DNA of 64,000 nucleotides from Alphaproteobacteria bacterium CG11_big_fil_rev_8_21_14_0_20_39_49 (GCA_002787635.1 PCXK01000009.1:5770-69769); one strand, 5' to 3'; shown: positions 1 to 9,980, counted from the first letter of the stretch. The notes: generated by a model from the sequence alone, not told the origin. Program-made: numbers and translations.

Positions 1-2428
1 CATCGGCAAAAATATATACCGTACCATCTACTTCACCCGTGATTAATATAGGAAAATCAAGTTCAACAGGAACACCCGGACGTGCTACGACTTCCCACCC
101 CTTATTTACCGGTGACCAGTAGGGGTCTTCCATACTTTCCGTTGCAAGCTCTATGTTAGTCGGATAATAAACCGGAATACGATTTAATAATACGGCTCCT
201 TCATTGTTTGTTTGTCCCTCTGCTTTAACCCTGCCTATATTAAATTTTACATCTTTCAAGGGTTCATCACCTTCATCGAAAACACTATTTTGATTATTAT
301 CAAGATAAACCCTTGGTGCAACGGCTCCTTGGTTTGCTATTTGTTCGTAACTTGATTTCCATTCACCGCTTTGAGGATTTTTTCCAAGCCCAACGGAAAG
401 GCTCACTCCTAATTGTACTTCATTATCGCTATCAACACGGCTATTTACTCCAAGTTTGAAAAAATCATATGAACGGTTGACCTGAAAAGAACCGCTGGTA
501 ACGTTACCGTTTTCAAAATTATGTTCAAGCCCTAAACGATAATTAAGCATTATTGTCGGACGGTATTCCAAACTAAGGTTAGTACGACTCATATCAAGTA
601 GCGGTTTGATACCATATACCGCCTGCCCTCTTAAATTCCAGTTTTTAAAAGGACGAACACTAAGCAGCAAATCACCTTCAAGCTCTTCGGATTTTTCATT
701 ATTATTACCGGGCAAGCCTTCATCGTAATCATAAAGCAGAGTATGCGATATATATGCCATTTGGATATATGTAGAAAGACGGTTACTAAATAACTTTTCA
801 ATACGCCCTGATTTATGCTGTTTGTAATCAGCCCTGAAGCCATATCCTATAGGACGTGAAAAACCTATATTTACATTCCCGTCAACCCTCATAAAAGTTT
901 GTCTTATAAAAGGATCGGCAAAAATATCTGTCCTTTCGCTTACAAAACCATTCAAAAATTCCTGATGCTCGGCAGTAATATTTATGCTTTTTATGTTCGC
1001 TTGTGCAAACACCCTGAATGCATCCCCCTGATTTTTAAGTGCTTTTATATACTGAAATCCGTTTGAGATACCCGCAAATGATGTATCTATACCTGTTGAA
1101 AGATAGGCCTCCCTCTCTCCTGTTTCCAAAGGCAATGATATATAGCTTGAATTTAATGACATGTTATCTGTCAGGTTATAGGCAGCTTCCATAAATATAC
1201 GCTCCTGTCCAAACGCATCATTTTGGGCATTATCGTCCTTATTAACGTCTATCAAATCCTTACTATCTTGATTGACCACAAAGCGATATGATATTTTGCC
1301 TTTATCACCTATATTAGGATCATTAAAAAAACTTCTGGTTTCTTCCCTTTTCTCACCAAAGGGACCATAAAAAACCAAACGCATGTTATTAAACCCGGTT
1401 AAAAGAGGAACATCTAAAAATTCATACTGACCATTCTCCCCAACTTTCTGAAATTGCAAAAGAGTATCGTTCCTATATAGCTCAACCTCCCAGTCAGGAG
1501 AAATATCACCTCTTATAATCACCGTATCCGATGTTCTTGTATAACTATCATTTATATTTGTAAGTATTACGCCACGACCGTCTGTGCTTTGTGCCACCAT
1601 TTCCACCTTTGGAGAAAACACGTCACCTATTGCAATCTCACCGGCATTTAGAGGGGGAAATAAAGAAGCATCAATATCTTTGCGGTCAAACCTTAGTCTA
1701 ACCTTGCTCAGACCGCTATTTTCATCACCCGATACAAATAACAGATGATTCATTTTCAAAATATCTCCTGTTGCCAAAACAGAAAAATCAGTTTCCAATG
1801 TACGTTCATTTTGGCTATCAAAACCGCTACTTATCTGCATATCAACCGAAGGCATTGATAACATACTATATGGCTTTTCAACACGAGGATATTCAGGTGC
1901 TACATAACTCTCGCCACCTGATAACTGACGACCCTGACGGTTTAATGACGCTTCTAGCGGCAGGGTTTCGAGTGTCTGTACTTCTACCATCTGCCATAAT
2001 TTGTTAAAATTAAGCAGGAACGGAAACCATTTTTCTAAAGCTTCCTTTTTTACGTATATATCATCTGTTTGATATACGATATCTCCTTTTTCAATAGGAA
2101 TATTTTTGCCGTCTATCACTACATCCTGTCTATAGCGTTTAAGCTCAAACTCACGTTCTTCTTCGATAAACCAACCTTTAGCGTTACCTTCTACCACATT
2201 TACATCAATCGGTATTTGCAATCTGAACATTAGCTCACCAAGTGGAAGATATAACGTTTCATCCTGATAGTAGGCAGGCATTACATCGCCTAGGGGGTAT
2301 CGTGACAATGAAATTTTCAGGATAACCAGATTATCGTCCGATAGCTCCTTATCTTCCTGTGCTATCGATGGCAAAGGGCGAATAAGCAAAAGAACCGCTA
2401 CTATAAAAATGAGGCATATCAGACGCAT
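1..2428 (-). CDS. Outer-membrane usher-like protein of a chaperone-usher type fimbrial system (3' end runs off the window)
   Basis: Absent from the ORF track because it has no stop in the window. My hand translation of the minus strand starts at ATG 2428 (MRLICLIFIVAVLLLIRPLPSIAQED..., signal-peptide-like). I translated both ends exactly and read the interior by eye, seeing no stop down to position 2 (about 809 codons). It ends ...GWEVVARPGVPVELDFPILITGEVDGTVYIFAD. It is large and beta-rich and lies directly downstream of a PapD-like chaperone, which is the usher position. Confidence 0.6.
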   Translation of the reverse strand, partial: MRLICLIFIVAVLLLIRPLPSIAQEDKELSDDNLVILKISLSRYPLGDVMPAYYQDETLYLPLGELMFRLQIPIDVNVVEGNAKGWFIEEEREFELKRYRQDVVIDGKNIPIEKGDIVYQTDDIYVKKEALEKWFPFLLNFNKLWQMVEVQTLETLPLEASLNRQGRQLSGGESYVAPEYPRVEKPYSMLSMPSVDMQISSGFDSQNERTLETDFSVLATGDILKMNHLLFVSGDENSGLSKVRLRFDRKDIDASLFPPLNAGEIAIGDVFSPKVEMVAQSTDGRGVILTNINDSYTRTSDTVIIRGDISPDWEVELYRNDTLLQFQKVGENGQYEFLDVPLLTGFNNMRLVFYGPFGEKREETRSFFNDPNIGDKGKISYRFVVNQDSKDLIDVNKDDNAQNDAFGQERIFMEAAYNLTDNMSLNSSYISLPLETGEREAYLSTGIDTSFAGISNGFQYIKALKNQGDAFRVFAQANIKSINITAEHQEFLNGFVSERTDIFADPFIRQTFMRVDGNVNIGFSRPIGYGFRADYKQHKSGRIEKLFSNRLSTYIQMAYISHTLLYDYDEGLPGNNNEKSEELEGDLLLSVRPFKNWNLRGQAVYGIKPLLDMSRTNLSLEYRPTIMLNYRLGLEHNFENGNVTSGSFQVNRSYDFFKLGVNSRVDSDNEVQLGVSLSVGLGKNPQSGEWKSSYEQIANQGAVAPRVYLDNNQNSVFDEGDEPLKDVKFNIGRVKAEGQTNNEGAVLLNRIPVYYPTNIELATESMEDPYWSPVNKGWEVVARPGVPVELDFPILITGEVDGTVYIFAD

Positions 2429-2451
2429 AATCTATATACTATTATGAGCAT

Positions 2452-3270
2452 TTACAAAGTAATTTCCTCTTTTGCCAATATCAAATCCTCATCTTCGGCA
2501 TCACGATATTCAATATATAATTTTCCCGAATTGATATTTTCATTAAGTGCGATTTCGACTTTACGTTTATCCAGCGGATAAAGAACGCCTATACCCCTTA
2601 TTTCCTTTATTATTTCTGATTCGCCGCCTGATTTTTGATGAATTACATTTAAATTACCGTACCTTGATGCCATGCCCTCACGCTTTAAGGCGAAGAAAAG
2701 ATTCTTTTTATCTTTTGCGATATGTGCATTTTCAATTGATATATTAGAATCAAGCTCGCCATGCCTTACTATTACAGGAATTGACACCCCGAAAATAGGT
2801 ATAAGTTTTACTGAAAGATTTTTACCGCCTGATTTTTGTTCTTCTATATGATAACGGCTATCTTTTTCAGAAGGAATTGCTTTGAAAAAAAGATGGGTAC
2901 GGTATTCGGCCTCTTCTATATCTTTTGGTTTACGCACCATGAGCCTAACATTTTGTACTTCACCGGGTTGCAATGTAACCTGTCTTGGTGAAAATCTTAT
3001 CATATTCGATGCGGTTTTGTCGTATGGCATGCTTTCAGATAGCTCTTTATATCCGCCGCTTTCTTCCATGGAAAGGTCTTGAAATGACAAACGGTAGGTG
3101 GCTGGCTTATCGGATTTATTGGCAAGCTTAACTTCAGCAGAACGCTCACGCCCTTCAAGGATAATTCTTGTCGGCGATACCAACAATTCACCTACAGCAT
3201 TGGCATTTAAAGGTAATATTATAAAAATAATAAGGAATAATCTAAAAACTAAAGGCTGTTTATTGTTCAT
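2452..3270 (-). CDS. Periplasmic pilus/fimbrial chaperone (PapD-like)
   Basis: 272 aa with a signal peptide (…LPLNANA). N-terminal motif GELLVSPTRIILEGRERSAEVKLANKSDKPATYRLSF matches the chaperone pattern (l.v.PtRvi......sv.l.N). It sits between the subunit genes and the usher-like gene. Confidence 0.7.
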   Translation of the reverse strand: MNNKQPLVFRLFLIIFIILPLNANAVGELLVSPTRIILEGRERSAEVKLANKSDKPATYRLSFQDLSMEESGGYKELSESMPYDKTASNMIRFSPRQVTLQPGEVQNVRLMVRKPKDIEEAEYRTHLFFKAIPSEKDSRYHIEEQKSGGKNLSVKLIPIFGVSIPVIVRHGELDSNISIENAHIAKDKKNLFFALKREGMASRYGNLNVIHQKSGGESEIIKEIRGIGVLYPLDKRKVEIALNENINSGKLYIEYRDAEDEDLILAKEEITL

Positions 3271-3353
3271 ATTTTTCTCTTAAACATACAAATTCAATTA
3301 AGAACACAGAAAAGCGGATTACCTCCACTTTTCTGTGTATTTTTTAATATAAG

Positions 3354-3830
3354 CTAGTAACTTACGCTTACATTATATTGACCGCTGTAATCCCCGTCAG
3401 GCTGATTAGCCGCAACAGATATTGTTCCGTCAATTTCAAATATACTAACACCGGAGCCATTTAGCGAACTTGAAGCAGGTACAGTCAAAGTGGCAGACAT
3501 ATTATCAGACTCACTACTTAGGGTAACATTGGAATCTGCAATAATATTATATGCGGTATTTGCGATTCCTGTTACTTCGAACTCAGCAGGATTACTACCG
3601 TTTAGCTGTACAACATCACCTGTAGCAATTTGACTTGCAACACTGTACGTACCTCCGGTGGCACCTACTGCCAATTCACCGAACTCCAACACTTCAATTT
3701 GCTGTATAACAAGATTTTCATTGTTAATAATGGCAACTGCATCAGCACTAATGTCTTTAGCATTTGCCGCCGCAACACAAAATAATGTTGTTATTGCCGA
3801 TGCAAATGTTATAATGAACTTGTTATTCAT
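3354..3830 (-). CDS. DUF4402-family secreted fimbrial-subunit-like protein
   Basis: 158 aa with a signal peptide (…AAANA/KD). Motifs LEFGELAVGATGG, AEFEVTG..NTAYNI and C-terminal PDGDYSGQYNVSVSY fit the DUF4402 pattern as I remember it. It is a paralogue of the neighbouring ORF. Confidence 0.6.
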   Translation of the reverse strand: MNNKFIITFASAITTLFCVAAANAKDISADAVAIINNENLVIQQIEVLEFGELAVGATGGTYSVASQIATGDVVQLNGSNPAEFEVTGIANTAYNIIADSNVTLSSESDNMSATLTVPASSSLNGSGVSIFEIDGTISVAANQPDGDYSGQYNVSVSY

Positions 3831-3897
3831 AGTTTTATCTCCTGTGATTCAGGGTCGGAAAAGGCACATTCTCCGACCCCGAACATTTAAGAACTTA

Positions 3898-4365
3898 TTA
3901 ATAGTTTACGCTAACGTTATAAGTACCTGTGTAAGTACCTGAAGGTTGGTTAGCAGCAAGCTCTATCTCACCATCAACTTCGAAAGAGTCAATGCCTGTT
4001 CCATCTGTAATATCAGATACAGGAGCTGTAAGAGTGGCGTTTGCCGAATCAACACCGTTAGTTAGATTAACAGCCGGCTCAACAGCTATGTTATAAGTTG
4101 AATTAGGCTCACCTGTTACGCTGAATTCAGCCGCGTTACCAGGAGTAAGAACAGTAACACCACCGGTTGCAGAACCGGTTGAAGCAACCGCAGTACCGGC
4201 AACAGCACTAGATGTAAGCTCACCGAAATTCAACGCATTAACCTGTGTAATCTCAAGTTGCTGAACGATTTCAGCAGTTGCATCACCTAATATATCAGCA
4301 GCCATAGCGTTGGCAGCTATTAATGAACCGATAATACCGGTTGTAGTAACTAATAATTTTTTCAT
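3898..4365 (-). CDS. DUF4402-family secreted fimbrial-subunit-like protein
   Basis: 155 aa with a signal peptide (…AANAMA/AD). Motifs LNFGELTSS, AAEFSVTGEPNSTYNIAV and C-terminal QPSGTYTGTYNVSVNY. Confidence 0.6.
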   Translation of the reverse strand: MKKLLVTTTGIIGSLIAANAMAADILGDATAEIVQQLEITQVNALNFGELTSSAVAGTAVASTGSATGGVTVLTPGNAAEFSVTGEPNSTYNIAVEPAVNLTNGVDSANATLTAPVSDITDGTGIDSFEVDGEIELAANQPSGTYTGTYNVSVNY

Positions 4366-4714
4366 AGTATGTCTCCTAGAGTTAATTAGATTAAAACGCC
4401 AATGACTTAATTGCCATTAACTATTCTCGGTTTTGAGAATGATTAATTAGTATAGGAAACAATCTAAAGGAACTATTACTATATACTTAAACTTCGTAAG
4501 TATGTCGTTAAAGGAGGCTAAATTTTGCGTTCTTTTAAAAGGAAAATTTATAAAAGACCTATAGGTTGAGTAATAAAACCATGGGAAAAGTAACCGTCCG
4601 GTAAAGTAGATCACTAGTTAATATATTTAGTGAACACTCTTGAGGATCTGTTTGCCGAGAAAACTCGTAGAACTTTTATGGCAAATAAACCATTATTTAG
4701 AAATACCGATTATA

Positions 4715-6958
4715 TTAAGGAATATCGATCGGTGTACCGACCCTGTCACCTAAAATCGAACCATCGGTTTCTACATCATCGGATATCCTTATCCGTTCCT
4801 GCTTAGTAACGGTTCGGTTGGTCATATTAATCTCTGATTGAATCATATATTCGCCCACAGGTAAATTCAACAAACTAGGATGTGCCATACCACCCATATA
4901 GAAAAGACCCCACTTCCAGTATTCCGGTGCATTGGTATTATGCTGCTGGATAACGGGAGTGCCACCTGACATTCCCGGTGGAACCGCTGCTATTCTAAGA
5001 TTTACCCAGTTTACTTCGGCAAGATCAATGTTAGTGCTTGGAATTAACCTTACACCGACGTGATTTAAATTTTCACTAGGAGAGTAGAACTCACTATTAA
5101 GAATCTTTACCTCAAATTCAAATTCTTTGGCAAAAAGTTCGTCCAAAAGAGCTACAAGTGCAGCATCTGTTACAATATCCTGAACTTGAAATTCGAAGGT
5201 TTCCTCGTATAGTAATTCTACGGTGTTAGTACTTGTATCATGGCTTATAAGACAATTTGTAAATATGTCGACTTCTGCATCACATTGAACGTAATTTGCC
5301 GGGTCGCCTTGTCCGGTTGCAGTTAGCTCCACTTTAGCATTATATGTACCTAAAGCCATGTTCATTAATAAGGTGTCGTCATAAAAAACATCCAGAATGC
5401 CGAACTCGTAACCCGGTGTAGAATCGTGCCTAACTAGTTGGTAAGCACTGTCGGGTTCTGATATTCCTTTTATAAAAAGCGATATATTATTTACGTTGGC
5501 ATTCAAAGCTGTCACAGGAATTATTTCGATACCGATATCTTTATTAACTTCATCATATGAGAACTCTATAGGCACACCGAATACCGTAAAATCAAGTTCT
5601 TTATCAATTATGATTGTTCCCGATCCGTTAGGGTTAGAGATTTCAGTCTCGGCTTTTAGCGTATAGTCACCCGGATCAAGTTTTTCAAGTTTTACATCGT
5701 TAAATGTAGGGTTTTTCGAACCCCATAAGAACGGACCGCCTACGCTTGTTGCATCTTCCCTGATGAAGTGACCGACCGGATCCCACGTAGCAGTACTTAT
5801 ATCCTTTATGTATAGCTTTACGGCACTAACAGTGACGCTAGGGTCAAGTACGGTTACTTCAACTCCGATATTACCGAATGTTATTTCCTCTGTGGCGATA
5901 TCTAAAATACTACCTATAACTTCAAACGGCGTTTCGGCAAAAGGATTGAATTTTGATGCAGGAGAAGAAGGGTTATATGAAACACCTTCAACCTTGAAAT
6001 TATACATTCCGCTAGGCAGTCCTGCTAAAAGAGGATATGTCAGATGATCCCATGTAATAGTAGATGGTGGAGAAGTGATTATTGCACCGACTTCTTCCCA
6101 AACGCCCGGTGCGGTAGGTCGTTCCATAAATAATTTCACCGATTCCAGAGGTAGTGATCCTGTGTAAGTGGTCGTAATTAAGAGATTGCCGCTGTTTTCC
6201 GATAGATCGTCAAACGTAAATGCGTTAGCAATTGACGGGAAGCCTCCGCCTCCGGCAGGAGTAGCACTTGCCTGCCCGATTGATATGGTAATGGTCTCGC
6301 TGCGAGGGGCTTTTGTACCGGACGTTACCGTATATTCGGCTGTAGCCCTTAATGTATAGGTTCCATCGGCAAGAGTCGTATTGAATAATAAATTATAGGA
6401 ACCGGGTTCGGTCGGATAATTAAAGGTGTTTATAACCGAGTACGCAGAATCAGGTGCACTAAATAGCTTGTATTCCAGCGTCATTTTGTTGATAAAGTTT
6501 CCGGCTCCGTCACCAAAAGGTACTGTACCGGGCAACAATTGTACATTCAGGTTATTACCTGAAACGGTATAATCAAAAACAAATTGGTCGGTAGAATGGT
6601 CATGAACAATAACATCATGGGTTTCCGCTATCCCTAAAAGAGGGTCGGAAACCTTGAATTTCAAGCGTCCTGCGGATATGCCGCTCAAAGTCCCCCAATC
6701 ATAGGGAGCTGCTAATAATGTGGCAACCTCTGCATATGCCGTATCAGGAGAGCTAGCGGGCTTCATTTCAAGTTTCAGACCGCCGACACCGGGTACAAAT
6801 GTAGGTGTCACAGCAATGCTTACATCGCCATCATTCTGATTTATAAAAAAATTATAGTTGGCTGCATTACTTGGCGTGCTATAACAAAAAACCGTAAAAA
6901 ATAGAGTTAATACTAAAAATGATTGTAAAAATTTATAGTATAAATTTGTTATTTTCAT
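4715..6958 (-). CDS. Secreted 747-aa protein built of about six tandem Ig-like-sized repeats (candidate adhesin or tip protein of the adjacent fimbrial cluster)
   Basis: Signal peptide (…YSTPSNA/ANY). A signature recurs roughly every 100-120 aa: LKLEMKPASSPDTAYAEV, MTLEYKLFSAPDSAYSVI, VKLFMERPTAPGVWEEV, VKLYIKDISTATWDPV, ISLFIKGISEPDSAYQLV, VNLRIAAVPPGMSGGTPV. Same strand as the DUF4402 genes and upstream of them. Confidence 0.55.
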   Translation of the reverse strand: MKITNLYYKFLQSFLVLTLFFTVFCYSTPSNAANYNFFINQNDGDVSIAVTPTFVPGVGGLKLEMKPASSPDTAYAEVATLLAAPYDWGTLSGISAGRLKFKVSDPLLGIAETHDVIVHDHSTDQFVFDYTVSGNNLNVQLLPGTVPFGDGAGNFINKMTLEYKLFSAPDSAYSVINTFNYPTEPGSYNLLFNTTLADGTYTLRATAEYTVTSGTKAPRSETITISIGQASATPAGGGGFPSIANAFTFDDLSENSGNLLITTTYTGSLPLESVKLFMERPTAPGVWEEVGAIITSPPSTITWDHLTYPLLAGLPSGMYNFKVEGVSYNPSSPASKFNPFAETPFEVIGSILDIATEEITFGNIGVEVTVLDPSVTVSAVKLYIKDISTATWDPVGHFIREDATSVGGPFLWGSKNPTFNDVKLEKLDPGDYTLKAETEISNPNGSGTIIIDKELDFTVFGVPIEFSYDEVNKDIGIEIIPVTALNANVNNISLFIKGISEPDSAYQLVRHDSTPGYEFGILDVFYDDTLLMNMALGTYNAKVELTATGQGDPANYVQCDAEVDIFTNCLISHDTSTNTVELLYEETFEFQVQDIVTDAALVALLDELFAKEFEFEVKILNSEFYSPSENLNHVGVRLIPSTNIDLAEVNWVNLRIAAVPPGMSGGTPVIQQHNTNAPEYWKWGLFYMGGMAHPSLLNLPVGEYMIQSEINMTNRTVTKQERIRISDDVETDGSILGDRVGTPIDIP

Positions 6959-7303
6959 GATTTTTTCTGCCTTTGACGCCCGTTTTTGTGCATTTATTTT
7001 ATTATATAAGATATATAACTTTGATATTATGATAATAAAATATTAAAGTTATTTTAAAAAATGCGATTTGTTAATTTTTTAATCGCACAAGCATAATTTT
7101 ATATTTAATTCATATTAAATTATACCCTATCAGAGGCACTTGTGTCAAGGAAAAGCGACGATGATGCTTATGTTCCATTTTGAAACAGTTTGATAATTTT
7201 CATTATCGTCAGCTTTTGAATGATAATACTTTTCTTGTGTCGTGAAGTCGTTATATTTCAGGCTGTTATGTAGCAAGTGTTTTATTTTGGTACAAAAAGC
7301 TCA

Positions 7304-8638
7304 TTATATAGATTTGCGGCTTGAAACAGTTATAGAACGGAACACTACTATTATAAAAAGCAGTCCTCCGAGGATAGCCATAGAGCCGCCTGCAAAGAAC
7401 AGCAATTTGGGAAAAACGTTAGTTATTTCATGCGAAGATGCCGCAGATTTACGTAACGCACCGTAGCCGCCCATCCACGCTAAACCTGTTATATGCAATA
7501 TCTGTCCGACACCGTAAATATATGGCTGTGATGCAGCTAACTTACCCTTTACATTGCCATATCCCACTTTCGGCAGCAAATGATAACAAAACGCTATAAA
7601 TGCAAGGGTTACGGCTACTATAGAACCATGGTAGTGAGCAGGTATAGTAACGTTAACACCGCTTATCATATAACCGAGTATGCCGCCATAGCCAAACAAT
7701 ATTATAGATAAAATAAGGCTTGCCTTTATGGCGTGGGGTACTTCCTTGCTTAATTTAGATGAAAAAGCCCCGAATATTATAGCACCTCCGATAAATAATG
7801 CCGATATACCGCCGCCGCCACGCATTTGTTGGGTAAACAGGTTGTAGGCATTATCCGACATATAAAATAACGGCGAAGGTATGGTAATGATAAGATTGAA
7901 TATCAAAAGTGCGTAAATAACGGCATTAGGCAGTAATTGCTTTATTTTACATTCGCCTGCAAGATATAGCCATATCACCAGCATACATGCGGTAAATGTA
8001 TATTGTAAAATATGACCGCCTCCCCAGAAAATTGTTTCGTAATAATGGTGCAAATCATCTTTAACCATCGGTATCGGGGTTTGTTGGTGTGCTATATAAA
8101 AGCAAACTGCACAAATCAGGGTTATTAACGCAGAAATATATATTCCCGCATTCAAAATGCTTTCTTTAATCCTTTCGAACATGGCAAGGGTAAGGAACAT
8201 CTGAAACAATATACCGGTTGCAAATATGCTTAAACCTATTATGAAAAATGGATTATGCAGCATAGGGACATAATTATTCTTTATCGGGTAACTTTCACCG
8301 ATAAACGGTGCTACGGTCATCATTGTCGCACCTATTGCCGCCATGATAAAAGCCGTCCTGTATATCTTGTAATAAGCCGGACATGCCAAAAAACTCCATA
8401 ACGCCCCTGCTATGGATAAAAACCATACCAATACGGATAAATCAACATGCACTACAAGTGCAGTGGCGAAAATATGCTCAACATCAAATTTATCGGAAAA
8501 ATAAGACCCCCTTAATATTACGGGAGGCAAAGAATACAAACCTGCCGCCGCCAATGAAGCAACTGCCAGTAATATCCAGTATCTTATAAGCCTTATCCTG
8601 CTATCGTCAGGGATATTTAATTCTAGACTTTTTGTCAT
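7304..8638 (-). CDS. Polytopic (about 12 TM) membrane protein with heme-copper-oxidase subunit I-like histidine motifs
   Basis: 444 aa. FWGGGHILQY resembles the helix VI WFFGHPEVY motif and keeps the H-x3-Y spacing. IPAHYHGSIV resembles the helix X HFHYV motif. There is a helix II-like His (LVVHVDLSVLVWF). I found no HH pair where helix VII should be. It is divergently adjacent to ctaA. Confidence 0.4.
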   Translation of the reverse strand: MTKSLELNIPDDSRIRLIRYWILLAVASLAAAGLYSLPPVILRGSYFSDKFDVEHIFATALVVHVDLSVLVWFLSIAGALWSFLACPAYYKIYRTAFIMAAIGATMMTVAPFIGESYPIKNNYVPMLHNPFFIIGLSIFATGILFQMFLTLAMFERIKESILNAGIYISALITLICAVCFYIAHQQTPIPMVKDDLHHYYETIFWGGGHILQYTFTACMLVIWLYLAGECKIKQLLPNAVIYALLIFNLIITIPSPLFYMSDNAYNLFTQQMRGGGGISALFIGGAIIFGAFSSKLSKEVPHAIKASLILSIILFGYGGILGYMISGVNVTIPAHYHGSIVAVTLAFIAFCYHLLPKVGYGNVKGKLAASQPYIYGVGQILHITGLAWMGGYGALRKSAASSHEITNVFPKLLFFAGGSMAILGGLLFIIVVFRSITVSSRKSI

Positions 8639-8717
8639 CTTTTTATATAGTTCCTAAAAAATATATAGATACATATATCAGCGAAAGATTATAGTGCAAG
8701 GTTTGATTTGATAAGAT

Positions 8718-9788
8718 ATGGCTACAATAGTAAATAATAAAAGTAAATTACCGACTTATGATACGGTAGGTAATTCAAATAACAGGAAAATAGCCGTATG
8801 GCTGTTCGTATGTTGTTTTATGGTCGCCATGATGGTTGGAATAGGAGGCGTTACAAGGTTGACCGAGTCAGGGCTTTCAATGACGGGGTGGAAACCTGTT
8901 ACAGGGTGGCTTCCTCCATTGACCCAAAACCACTGGCTGGAACATTACGAAGGATATAGGAAAAGCCCTGAATACAAGCATATAAATTACGGTATGACTC
9001 TGGACGAGTTCAAGGGTATATTCCGGCTGGAATATATACACAGGCTTGCAGGAAGGATAACAGGGCTAGTTTTTTTTATTCCGTTAGTGTTTTTCATTTA
9101 TAAAAGAGTAATTGATAAAAAACTCGCACTGAAATTAACCGGAGTTTTGTTCCTCGGAGGATTTCAGGCAGTGGTAGGGTGGCTGATGGTCAGTAGCGGA
9201 CTTAAAGATACTCCGCATGTAAGCCAGTATTGGCTTGCGTTCCATTTATGCATGGCATTTATCTTATTTGCCATATTATTTCTGATGGGGCTTGGCAGAT
9301 ATATGGGGAATAAACAATTTCTGACAAGCTCAAAAGGTATAAAAAAATTCTCGTACTTTGTTACGGCTTTAATATTCGTTCAGGTATTTTGGGGGGCGTT
9401 AGTAGCAGGGCTTGATGCCGGACTGATATATAATACTTTTCCGCTAATGGAAGGTGCGATAGTCCCGAAAGGATTGTTTGAGGTGGAGCCGTGGTATATC
9501 AACTTTTTCGATAACGTAAAAACCGTACAGTTCACCCACCGATGTATCGCTATATTCTTATCACTGGTTATTGTTGCGTTCTGGTTAAAAGCAAGAAGGA
9601 CACCTATTTATAAGGTATCAGATCTTTTGCTTTTTATATTGATAATACAGTTCACCCTTGGTGTGCTGACCTTAATACACGTAGTTCCGATACCGCTTGC
9701 GTCCGCACACCAAATGGCAGCTCTGGCACTTTTTGCAGTTTCCCTATATATTAATTATATCACTAAAATTAACGGAAACTCTAATTAA
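8718..9788 (+). CDS. ctaA: Heme A synthase (COX15/CtaA family)
   Basis: 356 aa, multi-TM. Has the N-terminal signature GGVTRLTESGLSMTGWKP and conserved His residues in TM segments (FTHRCIA, ASAHQ). Confidence 0.85.
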   Translation: MATIVNNKSKLPTYDTVGNSNNRKIAVWLFVCCFMVAMMVGIGGVTRLTESGLSMTGWKPVTGWLPPLTQNHWLEHYEGYRKSPEYKHINYGMTLDEFKGIFRLEYIHRLAGRITGLVFFIPLVFFIYKRVIDKKLALKLTGVLFLGGFQAVVGWLMVSSGLKDTPHVSQYWLAFHLCMAFILFAILFLMGLGRYMGNKQFLTSSKGIKKFSYFVTALIFVQVFWGALVAGLDAGLIYNTFPLMEGAIVPKGLFEVEPWYINFFDNVKTVQFTHRCIAIFLSLVIVAFWLKARRTPIYKVSDLLLFILIIQFTLGVLTLIHVVPIPLASAHQMAALALFAVSLYINYITKINGNSN

Positions 9789-9811
9789 CTCGGTTATTGC
9801 TTCATTATTAA

Positions 9812-9963
9812 ATAACGGAATGTCCCATTAATTGGCTTTAGTGCTAAAATAGTTGCCATGGGCGAATTTATTTCAGCATCTCACTTTATTTTAAAAAGAC
9901 CCTGAAACAAGTTAACAGGTGACAAAAAAATATAAAAAACCAATTAATGGGGCATTCCGTTAT
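9812..9963. mobile_element. MITE-like palindromic element, family A, copy 1
   Basis: Terminal inverted repeats ataacggaatgtcccattaattgg ... ccaattaatggggcattccgttat. The interior carries hairpins (ccctgaaacaagtt..., atttatttcagcat). It is the reverse complement of the copy at 31740-31882. Confidence 0.7.
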
Positions 9964-9980
9964 ATTTTAACTAATACACA

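Noticed and set aside
631-2007. Short track ORFs 631-843 (-) and 1771-2007 (+)
   Set aside because: Both fall inside the long open minus-strand frame that I translated from ATG 2428 to the window edge (the usher-like gene). They are out-of-frame or antisense leftovers.
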